Translations under genes and position numbers: made by a program
NCBI GenBank assembly: GCA_964016885.1
Contig: OZ024740.1
Span: 60,078,001 to 60,142,000, forward strand
Source of the DNA: Eledone cirrhosa
Taxonomy: Eukaryota
Direction of reading: 5' to 3'
Length of the DNA: 64,000 nucleotides
Shown: piece after piece, positions 13,411 to 26,635 of the stretch
Position numbering within the stretch: the stretch's first letter is position 1
Layout of the letters: the number at the start of each line of letters is the position of its first letter
The notes under the pieces: model-generated
Told to the model about the DNA's origin: nothing
The model's database searches: none
Seen by the model: only the letters and a program-made list of their open reading frames with translations

Positions 13411-14359
13411 CCTTCACTGATTTTTGGTTTCGGTTTATGTCACATGATCATAAAGTCTTTGAACCGAATAGCGCATTTTAACTTTGAGCAAGGCACTTAA
13501 TTTCACGTTGCTCCAATCAGCTCAACAGAAAAAAAGTGTATCACGGAAAATAGCTGAGAATCAACCCTGTGTCAGATTGGGGTCGCGCCCAGAAAGAGTA
13601 TTGTACTGTCAGTCACTTACCACCTCATGAGACCGAAATAATCTCCCGTCTGATGAACCTCTAGGATCGAGAAATAATTTAAAAGTAATTTAAATCTGGA
13701 AAAAGAAGATGTGATGGAGACAACTAGGGTGGCTATTGTTCATAAGGTTTACTTAGTCAGAATTGACCTAGGGAGGTAAGCATCGACAACAATAATTTAT
13801 CTTTTACCAACCCCCTTCACCTATCACTTTTTAATTATGCTGTCACTGCTTTTACAAAGATGAGCTGTACCTAGCATATCACTTTTGTTAAATTGAAATA
13901 CCAAGTTCAAGTCCTTGTAGGCGCCTGCATTAATTAAGTTGAAACCACTCCAGTCTGTTCTTCTAAACAGAACTTTAAATTATCAGACCATCCGACTGGG
14001 TTCAGTCTCCCACCTGATACCAAACCTTTGATTGTATAAAGTGGTAAAGAAAAAAGAAAAAAGTCAAAAGTCAAAAGTACTTAGCTTCCTGAGAACGTAA
14101 CCCTTACTCTATAATGGAATACTACGATGAGACCGGCAATTTGACTACTGCACTAATGAGGGCAAACTCTACATGGTTACTCAAGATGCTAAAAATAGCT
14201 GTTAGATTCCTTCACATCACATCCGACCACTGTCGTGATAAAGAGAAAAATACATTGACCAATGTAATCCTACACATACAAAAAATACGAAATAGTTATG
14301 GTTTAAATAGCTTTGATCATAGGTCTGCTTAACCAGAGATGACCTGAATCTAAACAACA

Positions 14360-14555
14360 CAGACCTTCCAACCTCTAAACACCCAAATGGGAAGTACCTT
14401 GGAAAAAAGTGTCTCAAAACAGAAAGAAATGAGGCAAAATGGGGAGATTTTTTAATAATGAAAGCTATACCCATTTTCACAAGAGAAAGACATCTCTCAC
14501 CCACCCCAAAGTTGGTGGGAGATTTCCCGTCCGACGGGGAGAGTTGACAGGTCTG
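14360..14555. mobile_element. ~195-bp MITE (TIR CAGACCT..CAAC)
   Basis: Inverted ends; near-identical reverse copy at 28818-29014. Confidence 0.75.
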
Positions 14556-14865
14556 GCAACAACAACCACAAGCTATTGTTTTTACCACTACCATTTTAGC
14601 CCTACAAATATGTAAGATTTCGTATTTTGCCACAAAGTCACATAAACATTTAGTCAATAAAACTGATTCTAATTTTTTACAGCTCTTTCATTTTATAAAC
14701 TCGGACGAAAAATAAAAGTCAACTTAGTTAAGATTTGAATTCAGGACATAGTGTGACGTAATATACTACAAGATATTTAGTCCTGTATGAGAGAGATTTG
14801 TCTTCTATTTCTAACAGATCGAATGATCACGTAGACGCTCATTCGATGGTTGTTCTACAACAGTG

Positions 14866-14873
14866 CGGTGGCG

Positions 14874-14922
<49 letters not shown>

Positions 14923-15218
14923 TGGTGGTGGTGGTGGTGGTGGTGGTGGTGGTGGTGGTGGTGGTAGTAGTGGTGGTGGTGGTGGTAGTAGTAGTGGCGG
15001 TGGTGGTGGTGGTGGTGGTAGTAGTGGTAGTGGTAGTAGTAGTAGTGGCGGTGGTGGTGGTGGTGGTGGTGGTGGTGGTAGTAGTAGTAGTGGCGGTGGT
15101 GGTGGTGGTGGTGGTGGTAGTAGTGGTAGTGGTAGTAGTAGTAGTGGTGGTGGTGGTGGTGGTAGTAGTAGTAGTGGTAGTAGTAGTGGTAGTAGTAGTA
15201 GTAGTAGTAGTAGTAGTA
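14866..15218. repeat. Compound (GCA)n/(GTA)n/(GGT)n trinucleotide repeat
   Basis: Direct; yields homopolymer ORFs in several frames. Confidence 0.95.
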
Positions 15219-16300
15219 CACTGTCTTTCGCAGTTCCAGTCTTCTGCTGTATTTGAATCCGATCGGTTCAATAGAAGAATAACACTAAGGTATCAGCCTT
15301 ATGACTAGTCATAACGTTGATATTAAATGTGAATATCTATTATATTTCTATTTACGTCTGGAATGCTTATAGGAATATATTAAATCGTCTCCCATTATTT
15401 GATTGATCCTTTATTTAATCGAACCCCGAGGAAGATGAAAGGCCAAATTAACCCCGGCAAGATTTGAACTCATAATGTAAAGGGTCATAATCAAACGGCA
15501 AGCGTTTTGTCTCACACTCAAACGATTTTCTCAATGCCGTTCAGGAAATTTTATCAGACGAGGTGACGGTAATCTCTTTGTGTGTATATGTGAGGTGTTG
15601 GAAGGGGTTAAAACTGAAATTACGTCTTTCAAAACACGTCAAATTTGATCGTAGCCATTTTTTATTCGACGACTTTATATTGCTAATAAGTATTATATTT
15701 GAAAACAATGACAAATGTTGCTGGGGGAAAGACGCTAACAAAATCCCAATTAAACTCTCAGATAATGCCCTTTTTCTCCTAGCGACCTGACATTCACAGA
15801 AGTCAAGGCAAGCAACACGGCTATCAATAGCTTTTTTTTTTCTTTTACTAGCCGGAGACGTCCAATACTTTTAACAGCCTTTTCATCAAAGAATGTATTG
15901 ATAATGTATTTCATTGCACTGACAGCTTCATTATTTAGCGCCTTTCACATCACCTAAGAGAAATTTCTAGTTTATTATAGCAGAATTTCCAGTGGCAGCA
16001 AGCATCTTAATTAAACATTTTCATTGAATACCAGACAAAGAGTAGAAGGGGAGAAAACATAATAAAAAAATAAAAGAACAGACGAAAAAACAAAACAAAA
16101 ACATAATTGAATATCTCAACGATTTCTTATTTTACCGAAGTATAAAATAAGACTTTTTTTTTTTATACAGCTTGTTAAATAGCTCCGGTTAAGAAAAGCT
16201 GTGTCTATCTCTTGATACACTCTTTGCCGCTGCCGAATAGGGAACTCGACAAGCTTTAAGGCTGTTGTTCTTTATCGTAACAGTATGAGTTATGATTTCT

Positions 16301-16485
16301 AATAATAATTGTTTCTACATTTGGCACAAGGCCAGCAATTACTCCAGTGTATTACTGGTACTTTATTTTATCGACCCCGTAAGGATGAAAGCAAAGTTAA
16401 CCTCGGCGGGATTTGAACTCAGTCCGTAAAGGGACGTAACTGTGCTGTAAAGCATGGCGTCCGACCCTCTACCGATACTGCCAAA
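16301..16485 (-). mobile_element. SINE A
   Basis: Near-consensus reverse copy. Confidence 0.9.
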
Positions 16486-16827
16486 TGTTTTGACAAAGCG
16501 TGAAGCTATGACGCAGCAATAATATATACGTGTTAAATTGCTTCAATGAACTGTCATAAAAATAGTATAGATAACACACTTGGGTGGGTTAACATATTCT
16601 ATAGTCCTACCGCCATGCTCAAACTTACAGTAATAAGGAAGAGAAAAATCGTTAGCTTCAATTATGAATTCTGGTCGAAAAACACAAGGAAAGAATTCCG
16701 ATATCAGAATTAATTACAAATTGGCAAGAGCTATGTAATAAAGAGTGAGTCTGGTCTTTGACTAGAATAAGCACCAGATGAGTTAGTATTAATATATTTA
16801 ATGTTACGATCATTGAGAAAGAACAAC

Positions 16828-16996
16828 AGGTAAAATTCCGTTATAACTAATATCATTATGACGAATTTTTCAGCATAACGAATTTTTTTTCAATCCCCGA
16901 GGTAATAACAAACAGACGCTCGATTTGTTTCGATCAATCTCGTTACAACGAATGTTTTATACCACATGAATTTCGTTACAGCGGAATTTCACTCTA
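16828..16996. mobile_element. Tigger/pogo-like MITE remnant
   Basis: Ends AAAATTCCGTTATAAC / GTTACAGCGGAATTTCAC are inverted. Confidence 0.5.
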
Positions 16997-17279
16997 TGAT
17001 AATTATAAGGTGAGAAAAACCAAATATAAGTCAACAACTAATATTATTCTAAGTATTCTTTAAATTCGAATCTTGCCGAGGTCAAATTTGCCTTACATTT
17101 TCCTGGGGTCGATAAAATGAGTATTGGAAGATTACTGGAATCAATATAATCGACTATATATATATCACCCAGTTATTTTTCTATTGGTTTGATCGACGCA
17201 GTTAATGTTTCTCCTGAATAGTTGTACGTCGGGGACTTCAGAAAAGTCATGTGTAAGGTGAAAATTCTAGAGTTAAAGG

Positions 17280-17760
17280 GTTGACGTTCTGGTGAAGAAG
17301 CATTGGCTGATTAGGCAGAGTATGGGCAACAAGGAGGGACACATAAGTCGAGTGTACCTGAATTGAGATGGTACGAGACCAGCTAACTCCCAGTCACAGA
17401 GACAGCTGAAAAGTTAAAGATAGAGGATAGAATGGGCTAGACGATGGAGTTAGTTGGAGAGCGACTTTAGACAAGTCAGAAAGGAGAAGGAAGGAATGAG
17501 ATAGATGTTTTCAATGCAAGAGGAGTTTTGGAGTGCCGTAGATAAAGCTGATATATTGGGAGTAGTAGGGAAGAATCTGACCCAGAGTAACTGAAAATCT
17601 ATACAGCTGATATTTAAGTGAATAAGACGGGTGGCAAGTTGAGTGGAATTTTTGCAGATACTGTCTATCGGAATAAAGTTTGAATTCAAATGTAACTGGG
17701 ACAGTAGAGATAAGTACAGTAGAGATGGATAAGTTTCTAGAAATGTTTCTCCCTGAGAAA
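17280..17760 (-). mobile_element. Highly degenerate CR1/Jockey-type RT C-terminal fragment
   Basis: Weak motif resemblance across frameshifts. Confidence 0.35.
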
Positions 17761-17782
17761 CATAAAATGTGTGGTTTGCATA

Positions 17783-18135
17783 TTAGTTATACGAGCAGAA
17801 AAACCACCCTTGGGGTGGTTTTCTGCTATCATGTGTAATGTGCATATTGAGATTATACGCAAGTATATATGCAAGAAGATATGATACATCAAATAAAATC
17901 GTAATTGACAATATACACAGAAATTGAACGAAGACTGCGTTACACTGTCTTATGAAATCAGTAAAGTAATTCATGATACATTAAAAAAAGACGATATTAT
18001 ATATAAACTGCATTAGGAGAAAATTAGTGACGCAAATATATGAATGTTTATTTAAGCGATCGCTAACCGGAAGTGTTGACATTTGAACATTTTAAAGAAG
18101 TGAATCTTTAAATAAGCAACAATATTATTTATATT
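17783..18135 (-). mobile_element. Non-autonomous Helitron-like repeat, copy 1
   Basis: Reverse match to 53345-53690; terminal hairpin GCAGAAAAACCAC..GTGGTTTTCTGC. Confidence 0.6.
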
Positions 18136-18162
18136 TAATCAAGAATAACGAAATTTAGTAGA

Positions 18163-18348
18163 TAGATTGGCAGTATCGGTAGAGGGTCGGACGCCATGCT
18201 TTGAAGCATAGAGTTACCTCCCTTTATGGTCTGAGTTTAAATCCCGTCGATGTTAACTTTGTCTTTCAGCCTTACGGGGTCAATAAAATAAAGTACCAGT
18301 AATGCACTGGTTGATTGCTGGCCTTGTGCCTAAAGTAGAAACAATTAT
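18163..18348 (+). mobile_element. SINE A
   Basis: Consensus motifs. Confidence 0.9.
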
Positions 18349-18451
18349 TTATTCAAAGTAATCCAACTTATTTTACAAACGGGATAAAAAAATATATTCT
18401 GGACGCAGTCCCGCACTCCTTACTTTATTATAGTTTAGATTCCATGTGTGA

Positions 18452-18755
18452 AAGCGCGTGAATTTGTGGTTAGAGTATTCAGCTTATAATCATAAGGTCG
18501 TGTGTTCGATTTCCGGTGGCGTGTTATGCTCTTGAGCAAGACACTTTATTTTACATTGCTCCAGTCCACACAGCTGGCAAAAAGAGTTGTACAATTCGAA
18601 GGGCCAGTTTTGTCACATTCTGTGGAATACTGGATCTCCCTGAGAACTACGTTAAGGGTACCGTGTCTGTGGAATGCTCAGCCACTTGCACGTTAATTTC
18701 ATGAGCAGGCTGTTCCGTTGATTGTATCAACTAGAACAATCGTCGTCGTAACCGA
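18452..18755 (+). mobile_element. CORE-type SINE B
   Basis: tRNA-like head GTGGTTAGAG..GTTCGATT; CTTGAGCAAGACACTT CORE-like block. Confidence 0.75.
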
Positions 18756-19259
18756 TTAAGATTAAGATTATATTCCATGTGCGGGGTTCTTGGCTGGATC
18801 AGAGATAACGGATGTTAGAGAAGAGAGGGATACTTGTTTAATGGGTTTAACTTTAGTTTTAGACACAAAGACTAACCACAAAGTTAACAGCGTTAGTGTG
18901 CAGTGAAATCAGGAGATTCCTTTACCGGGGTCTGATTCTGGTGCCCCCAAGGGTGCGAACTTCATTAAAAACATACAATGGCAGGTGTTGGTAACCCGAA
19001 AAGAATGACGTGCCCTAAAAAGCTAACAAACAAAAAACACAAAAAGCGGGAATCAATATTATTTTATTATCAATATTATTTTAATCATTTCGATGAGTAC
19101 ACACTTGTGGGATATATGTAAACAGCAATGAATTTCTTTAAGGTTTGTGAGGATGATCGAGTTCGAGTGTCCTAATCTCACCAATATTTCCTTATTACAT
19201 TTCACCCCTCCTAGATTTATATAATAAACATCATAAATGACGGGACAGAATCAACTAAC

Positions 19260-19535
19260 TATCGATGGACCATCGCTGGTTTCGACAATGAATGTTCCAA
19301 ATTAACGTATGAGTGGCTAAGCATTCCACAGAAACATGGGCCCTTAATGTAATTTTCAGGAAGATTCAGCGTGATACAGCCTTTGACAAGGCTGAAATTA
19401 CATGTACAATCAATTCGACGGGTTACAAACAGTTTGCCTCTACCCAGTTTCACTCACAACACTATGGTGAATGGCACTTTCCTATGACGCCACGTAGTAG
19501 GATCGAATTAGGACGTAATGACTTTTTTCCGAAGC
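19260..19535 (-). mobile_element. Diverged SINE B-related sequence
   Basis: GTGGCTAAGCATTCCACAGA..CCCTTAATGTAATT. Confidence 0.55.
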
Positions 19536-19547
19536 TTTAAATAGGTT

Positions 19548-19945
19548 TATTTACAATAGTTTATAACTTTGCCTATTAATCCGTATGGTGAGAAAATGGG
19601 GTCCCACGTGCTGGCCTCCCCACAGCCCCGGCGGACAGGATGGCGAAGGCGTTTCCTCGGAGGATGGTAAGAAAGATGCGCTGGAAGAACCATTCCAACT
19701 CGTGAGGCTCATACCTGCGGCTGGCTAGATCAGCACCTATGGTGGTGAATAGTGAGGTAGCCCTAGAGCCAAGGAGACCAGAAGTCTCCACTGCCAAGGG
19801 CACGACCGAGAACCTGTCGGACAGTGACTGGTACTTGGAGAGTTTGGCCTCCTCAACCCGACATACAGGAGTACCTGGGTTAGTCGCAGACTGCACCAGG
19901 TTGCAGCTGGAGAAAGTGTCGCTGCAAGTGGCATCCCAGACATGT
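19548..19945 (-). mobile_element. CRE-like non-LTR 3' end (restriction-like endonuclease domain)
   Basis: WDATCSDTF..EEAKLSKY..PLAVETSGLLG..FFQRIFLTILRGNA. Confidence 0.85.
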
Positions 19946-20618
19946 AATGATTGAGAAGTAAGCCTCTTAACCATTTGGCCATGCTGCGCCTACAACAAAT
20001 TATATGAAATTATGAAGCGTAAAGATGACTCGAGCGGAATTTGATGTATTGTATCAATCACGCGAGAAAAGTAAGGAGAAACGTGAAGGAGAACTCAGTC
20101 GGAACTAAATTCAGTCAGATATTATTGTCTGACCCACCGCGTTGTCATAAACACACACACACACATATCTATATATACACACACAAACGCACACATGCAC
20201 TCTCTATCCGATCGGGTTTTGTACAGTTGTTTCACTCACATTAGCATTAGATAATCTGGGTCTATCGTAGAGAACACTTACCTCCAGAGCGCCTTGCATT
20301 AGGTTCGAACACGTTATCATGTCGTTGCCATATATTTATGGCCATATATTTATATATATTAAATGAAATTCAGAGCAAATATTAATGCTTAAGTAAAAGG
20401 GTGAATATTAAAAATAAAGATTTGAGTTTTGAGAGCAGTAGATGACCAAATATAAATTATAAATGCATATGCTCTCTCTCTCTCTCTCTCTCTTGAAGTA
20501 CATTTGTTTTCAATACAAGTTAACTTAATTCAAAAATTGCTACATATATATATATGTACTTCAGCAAAACACCTAGAGATAAGAACACACACACGCACAG
20601 GCACACACACACACACAC

Positions 20619-20681
<63 letters not shown>

Positions 20682-20684
<3 letters not shown>

Positions 20685-20886
20685 CGAAGGAAATGTGGTA
20701 AGGAACCAGGTGGACCATAACGCACCAAAGTACTCAATACTTGAGGTAGTAGAGTGGGTAATAGGAACCAGTAAGACCCCGACAGCTGAGCTCAAGCCGT
20801 TTCGACGGCTAATTCTGGCTAATTCAGTCCAGAATTAGCCGTCGAAACGGCTTGAGCTCAGCTGTCGGGGTCTTACTGGTTCCTAT
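20682..20886. mobile_element. Penelope-like pLTR relic with 58-bp perfect fold-back, between (TA)n tracts
   Basis: Arms 20761-20818 / 20829-20886; contains 3' half of a hammerhead (stem II, GAAA, stem III, GUC). Confidence 0.7.
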
Positions 20887-21110
20887 ATATATATATATAT
20901 ATATATACAAAAATTAGGAAGGACGTGTAGAAAACTTAATTTGACAAAATTTAGGAATATATTTTAAACCTAGTGACATTTATAATATAATGAATATAAT
21001 ATAATAATATATAATGAAATTATTGTGTAAAGTGCTCAGGTGCACTACAACTCGTCAATATAGTACATAGAATAATACACAAATGTCAGGGAAGTACATG
21101 TGTGTATGTG

Positions 21111-23939
21111 TTAGCTGTAGTGTTGGCGGATCTCGGGAAACATGGAGGCCTTAAAGGATGCAGTGTCTCGACAGCTAACAACTGATGCAGGTAGTTTGTT
21201 CCATGCTTCAGCAACTCTGAGCGTGAAAAAATGTTTCTGAATGTCATGGGAACTGTGCTGTTTTCTTACTTTGTGGGCATGTCCACGTGTGTTAGACACA
21301 TGGAAATCAAAAAGGTACTCAGAGTTGTTGTTGGCAACATGGTTAACAATTTTGTGGGTGTTTACCAAGTCAGTTGCCAGGCGTCGGAGCTTCAATGAAT
21401 CCATGCCCAGGGAAGCAAGGCACTCAGAGTATGGTAGATGCCTGATGGAGGGTATTCGCTTGGTTGCACGTCTCTGAACAGTTTCCAGGCGGTCAATGTC
21501 CTGAGCAAGATAGGGGTTCCAGACTGGTGATGCAAATTCTAAGTGTGGTCGCACCATAGCTGTATACAGCCTTAAATAGATATCTGGAGAGCGGATGACA
21601 AAGGTCTTGCTGAGTGATGCTAAGACACCCTCGGCCCTCTTGACAATTTTAGAGACGTGCCTCGTCCAACGCAAATCGCTGCTGACCGTAATGCCCAGGT
21701 CACGTTCACAGGAAGACTTCTTGATATTAGTGCTGTGGAGGGAGTATGTGGACGCTGGGTTTTTACTCCCAAAATGCATGGTGGTGCACTTGTCCACAGC
21801 TAGCTTGAGTTGCCAGTCTGAGATCCATTGTTGCATTGTCTCCAGGTCAGACTGCAAGCAAGATCTATAGTGTTCAGGATCTGTCCTTTTTATCTCAAGG
21901 TACAGCTTGATGTCGTCTGTGTACTTTAGTACTGTTGCATTCCTTAAGTTGGCATCTATGTCATTAATATATGCCACAAACAAAAGGGGGTCAAGAACAG
22001 ATCCCTGTGGTACACCAGATGACATCTCATATGGTGAGGAATGCTGTCCCAGAACCGTGACTACCTCTCTTCGACTGAGAATGAAGGACTTCAACCAGTT
22101 AAAAAGATCATCCTTCACACTCATTGCAGAGAGTTCTGCCATAAGCCTTTTGTGTCGCACAGAATTGAAGGCCTTCGCAAAGTCAAGGTAAACAACATCC
22201 ACCCATGAGCCGCCATCAGTGATCCGGGTGATGTCCTCAATAAACTCTATAAGTTGATCACAGCAGCTGGAGTTGGGGATAGATCCAAATTGCGAGGGCC
22301 GGATAAGACTGTGAGAGCTTCAGAAGTTCCAAAGTGTGTCTCTGACACAGGATTCCATCAGTTTGGCGATGCAACTAGTAAGACTGACTAGACGATAGTT
22401 CACAGGTGATGTGCGGTCACCCTTTTTGAACAGAGGAATGACATTGGCAGTTTTCCACTGTTCTGGAGTAGCACTGTTGTTCAGACAGAATTGGAAGAAG
22501 CGTGATAACTGGTGTAGAAGGAAGTACCCACCATATTTAAGAAGCAGGTACGTAACACCATCAAGACCAGGAGAGGCATGGTTGCGTTTATTTTTTAGGT
22601 GACATCACAGCATTGCAGGTGTAAATTCCATGGTTGTAATAGAGTCCGGTGTCATAGGTGGTGGAGATGGTACACTCTGGTCTTCAATAGTGAAAATGCC
22701 TGCATAGCATTCAGCAATGAGCTCTGCGCATTCCTTGGGGTCGTCAGTAACCTGGCTTGTGTGGGGATTGCGAAGAGGACCAACTGGAGAGTGAGGCCTC
22801 TGCTTTGAGTGAACATACTTCCAGAACACCTTACTGTCAGGGCTGGTTGCTATGCGCTGCTCAAATTGAAGCACTGCCTTTTTTGTCACCTGTTTGAGGT
22901 GGTTGGACGATCTATTTCGCCTCTTCCTATTAATGTCTGATTTGTGAAGTTTGTACTCACGTTCAGCATTGCGCCGTTCTTTTCTGGCAAGACGGACTGC
23001 TGCAGTCTCCCAAATTGCGCTTTTGGGATGTTTTTTCCGCTTACGTGGCACCGGTGCTGCACATGCTGTCCATATTGAGCTCAGGATGTTCTGGAGTACA
23101 GTGTTGACATCTCCAGAGTCGTAGAACTCAAGCCAGTTTGGCCGTTGCAACTCGGTGCAGTAACAGTTCCAGTCTGCTTTATTCCAGTCAAAGTGAGCAG
23201 TTTGGAGATGGTTGTGGTTCTTGTTACTGCCCATGAGGGATAGATTGGCAATGGTCATAGCATCATCAGAGTCACCTAAAGGTTCCTCAGCAGTAACACT
23301 AATGACCGTTTCAGGAGTAGTGGTGAAGAGTAGGTCCAAAGTGTTGTCACCTCTCGTTGGGGAGGTGACTACCTGGGACCAACTCGAGTCCAGCACCAGC
23401 TCAAGGAAGTCATTTGCACTTGGCGGCCAACGAAAGGTCTCCCAGTCAATCTCAGGGTGATTGAAGTCACCGGCAATGAAAACATAAGTGGCTGTCTTCC
23501 TGGCAGCAGCTCTGAGGATATCACAAAGTTGAGTGTCCTGATGGTAATTTGGGGGACGGTAAACGACTCGAAGTAGCAGTGTTGACATGGTCATACGTAT
23601 ATCGCAGAAAAAAACTTCCTGCTGTGATTGGTTCAAATCAGCACAAGGAATTGCCGACAAATTTGACAGAACGTAGACCATTACACCACCACCACCATGA
23701 TTAATGCGGTCTTTACGAAACAGGTTGTAGCCAGTCATGCTGAAAACCCCATCACAGAGTAAGGGATGTGCCCAAGTTTCCGTGACTGTAATGAAGTCCG
23801 GGTTGATACTTTTGACGTAGGAGTCAAAAAGATGAATCTTATTGCATAGACTACGTGCATTCAAGGACAACAATTTGTACTTTGATTCCAGTCTATGATT
23901 ATGTGCAGGGGATGGCAGGTTGTTCTGATTTAGTTTCCC
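21111..23939 (-). pseudogene. CR1-like ORF2: APE endonuclease plus reverse transcriptase, frameshifted near 22200-22605
   Basis: LNARSL, TETW, GDFNHP, LDLLFT, GDSD; YLDFAKAF, GVPQGSVL, YTDD (for YADD), RPHLEFASPVW, TRGH, WNKLP. Confidence 0.92.
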
Positions 23940-25294
23940 AGAGTTTTTTCAGTTTCTTTATTGTCAATTGTTGTGGGTACAGTGTTTTCAGACCAGCTGG
24001 TGTCTCTTTTCCATGATTCGCCAGCCTTAACAAACTTCCATATCTGCCCATCATCTCGTAGGCTGAAGCTTTCATGTTCTGCCGAGCTGCGGTTTAGGGA
24101 AGCTGCAGCACGCAACTTTGAGCGGACATCAGGTGGAAGACCAGGACGTGTTCGGAAAGCAATCCGACTTTCACGCCTAGCTTTATCAGAGGCTACAACG
24201 TATGAACGTGCCTCAGTTGAGTTTGAAAACGACAGTCTAATTAACCTGGATTTCGGGCCTGGTCGGCCAAGGCGTAGAGCACCCTTTGCGGGAGCACAGC
24301 CCAGGTCTTTGGATGAACTGGCAGCAAATGCCTGAAGATCAACTATGTCTTCCGGCACACCAATGGCAATCACTTCGTGGTTTGCAGATTCAGTGGCATT
24401 CTCAATGCGTCTAGATTCAACATGAGGTACGCGGAGATTTTTTAACAAGGCACTCCGGTAAGATCCCTCATTGTGGGGTTCTACACGAACGCTTGATTTT
24501 ATTTCCGCTATTTCTTGACTTAAAGCGGAAATCATTTGCCGTATTTCCTCAAACTCCGTATTGACGGTCGGTTTTTGTTGTTGTTCTTCTCCTTCAACAG
24601 GCATGGTAGAAGACACAGTCGTCGGTTGTTGTTGTTGAAAAGTAACGGGTGAGGAAGACATGGGTTGCTGTAGTTGATGAAGTCCTTCAACGGGGGTAGT
24701 AGCAGAAGCTACGGTCGTTGGTTTTTGCTGTTGTTCAGGAACAATGGTAGAGGAAGATACGATCCTCGGTTTTTGTTGTTATTCGGGAACAATGGTAGAA
24801 GACACGATCTTCGGTCTTTGTCGTTGTTATTGTTCCGCAGCAATGGGAGAAGCAGGCATACAGTCCAGGCACTGAAAGGACCAGTTTGTTAGCTGGACCA
24901 TCTCCCAGAGTCTATCCATCGTAGCAATATGATGTTTCTTATTTTGGCCTGGGATCTTCCGGAAGTCTGTGGCGCATTGAAGGCAGACAGAGATGCGACA
25001 GGTTCCACATTCGACCCAACGATTACGGAACGAGTTTTCGGGTTCAATACAGATATGGCAGGTGTGATCTTCTGGGCAATGTTCTATTTTGGAACATCGA
25101 CCAGTTTTGTCGCATACTTCATCGATGGATATCACCATGGCAATTTTGTTATTTCTACCCATCCGTAGAAAAACACAGAATGTAAACAATATAGGTTTAG
25201 CGCACTTGATTACGATAGAAATAAAATGTCTGTTTTTTGTGTATTTTGTTTCCGTTTTCCTAAATGTTGTGTGTGTACAGAAGAGTTTGTGCAT
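23930..25294 (-). pseudogene. CR1-like ORF1 (PHD-like finger, Q/P/T repeats, coiled coil), broken by in-frame stops near 24780 and 24827
   Basis: CHIC..WVECGTC..CLQC..WSFQCLDC; same frame continues to ..TLGN*. Confidence 0.8.
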
Positions 25295-26285
25295 GTAAAC
25301 AAATAAATATGCTGCGTAAGTTAAATGAAACGTACTGTAGAAGGCAGTTGTTTATTAACAGCGAAATAACGTTTTTTTTTCCCTGATACTGCTTCTTTAT
25401 AATAAACTTTCAATAATATTTTTTTCAAATTATTAACTTTCAGCTGCTAGTATATATATATAATTAAAAGGTGTATGTGGGTTAGAAGCGAAGTCAATGT
25501 TAAGAAATATTTTACCAATGTAAATTGGTAAAATTGGCCGGTATAGTGTCTCACGCGAAATAGTGTGGTTTCTTTTCACGTGTGTGTATATGCATATGGT
25601 ATATATCTGTATATAAATCTGTGTGTATATTGTTGTTTATATGTTTTGTGGAGTACTTACTGCGATCCTTAAGGGATGTAGTGATTTGTTTTTTTTTTTT
25701 TTCCTTTTTCACCGTCCCCGTCCATGTTATAATCGAAGAAATATATTCAATTCCCAATAAAGTCTTTTTTTTAAATTTAACTTTCATCGTAGTGAGTTCT
25801 ACAGGGAGACTAACTAGCAAATGTTGTTAAATTTACTATAAATATTGTTTCATTATTTGAAAATATTTTTCATGGATAAATGTGGCAGACATCAACATGA
25901 TAGAAAATGACAGCTCTGACGTGAAGAACGACACCACCAGAGAAGAGGGAAAAAACACATCTATACCGGTATAATAACAAAACTGATTCAGCAGCCGCAA
26001 CACTATAACAACAACTATTGCAAAAAATATTACAACAAAATTAAAATAAGATATTTAGACATTTTCAAAATATAAAGTGTGGTGAATAATCTGCAAAATC
26101 TTCGTTTTTATCTGAAAGTACACTTGTCAATAACCTCGTGTTATAAATATCACTACCATTTTAATTCTTTTCTGAAAATTTTACTAAGAAAAATAGTCAA
26201 CAGCTTAAACTGGTATTTTGGTAGTACTGAACAGGTATAATTTTGATAAGGCATTTTTATTTTTTGGTTTTAAGAAAAAACAGTT

Positions 26286-26635
26286 TAATAATTATTTCTA
26301 CTTTTGGCACAAGGCCAGCAATTACCCCAGTGCATTACTGGTGCTTTATTTTATCGACCCCGTAGGGATGAAAGGCAAAGTTAACCTCGGCGAGATTTGA
26401 ACTTAAAACATAAAAGCCCATAACTCTATGCTGCTACGCTTGGTATCTGACGCTCTACCGATACTGCCAATACACCGCCCAGTAACGGTTTCTGATTTAG
26501 GCACAAGGCCATCAATTTTGGGGAAGGGAAAGTTAACCTCGGCGAAATCTGAACTCAAAACATAAATGGCCATAACTCTATGCCGCAAACCATAGTGTCT
26601 GACGCTCTACCGATACTGCCAATCCACCGCCTTAA
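26286..26635 (-). mobile_element. Two tandem SINE A copies
   Basis: Consensus motifs; second copy internally deleted. Confidence 0.85.

Larger units (their letters stand above)
20981..25371 (-). mobile_element. Nearly full-length CR1-like LINE
   Basis: ORF1 with PHD-like finger, ORF2 APE-RT, (ATTAT)-like 3' tail; few disablements. Confidence 0.92.

Noticed and set aside
14798-15308. Gly/Ser-, His/Tyr-, Thr- or Val-rich protein
   Set aside because: Pure trinucleotide microsatellite open in several frames; no splice or domain support
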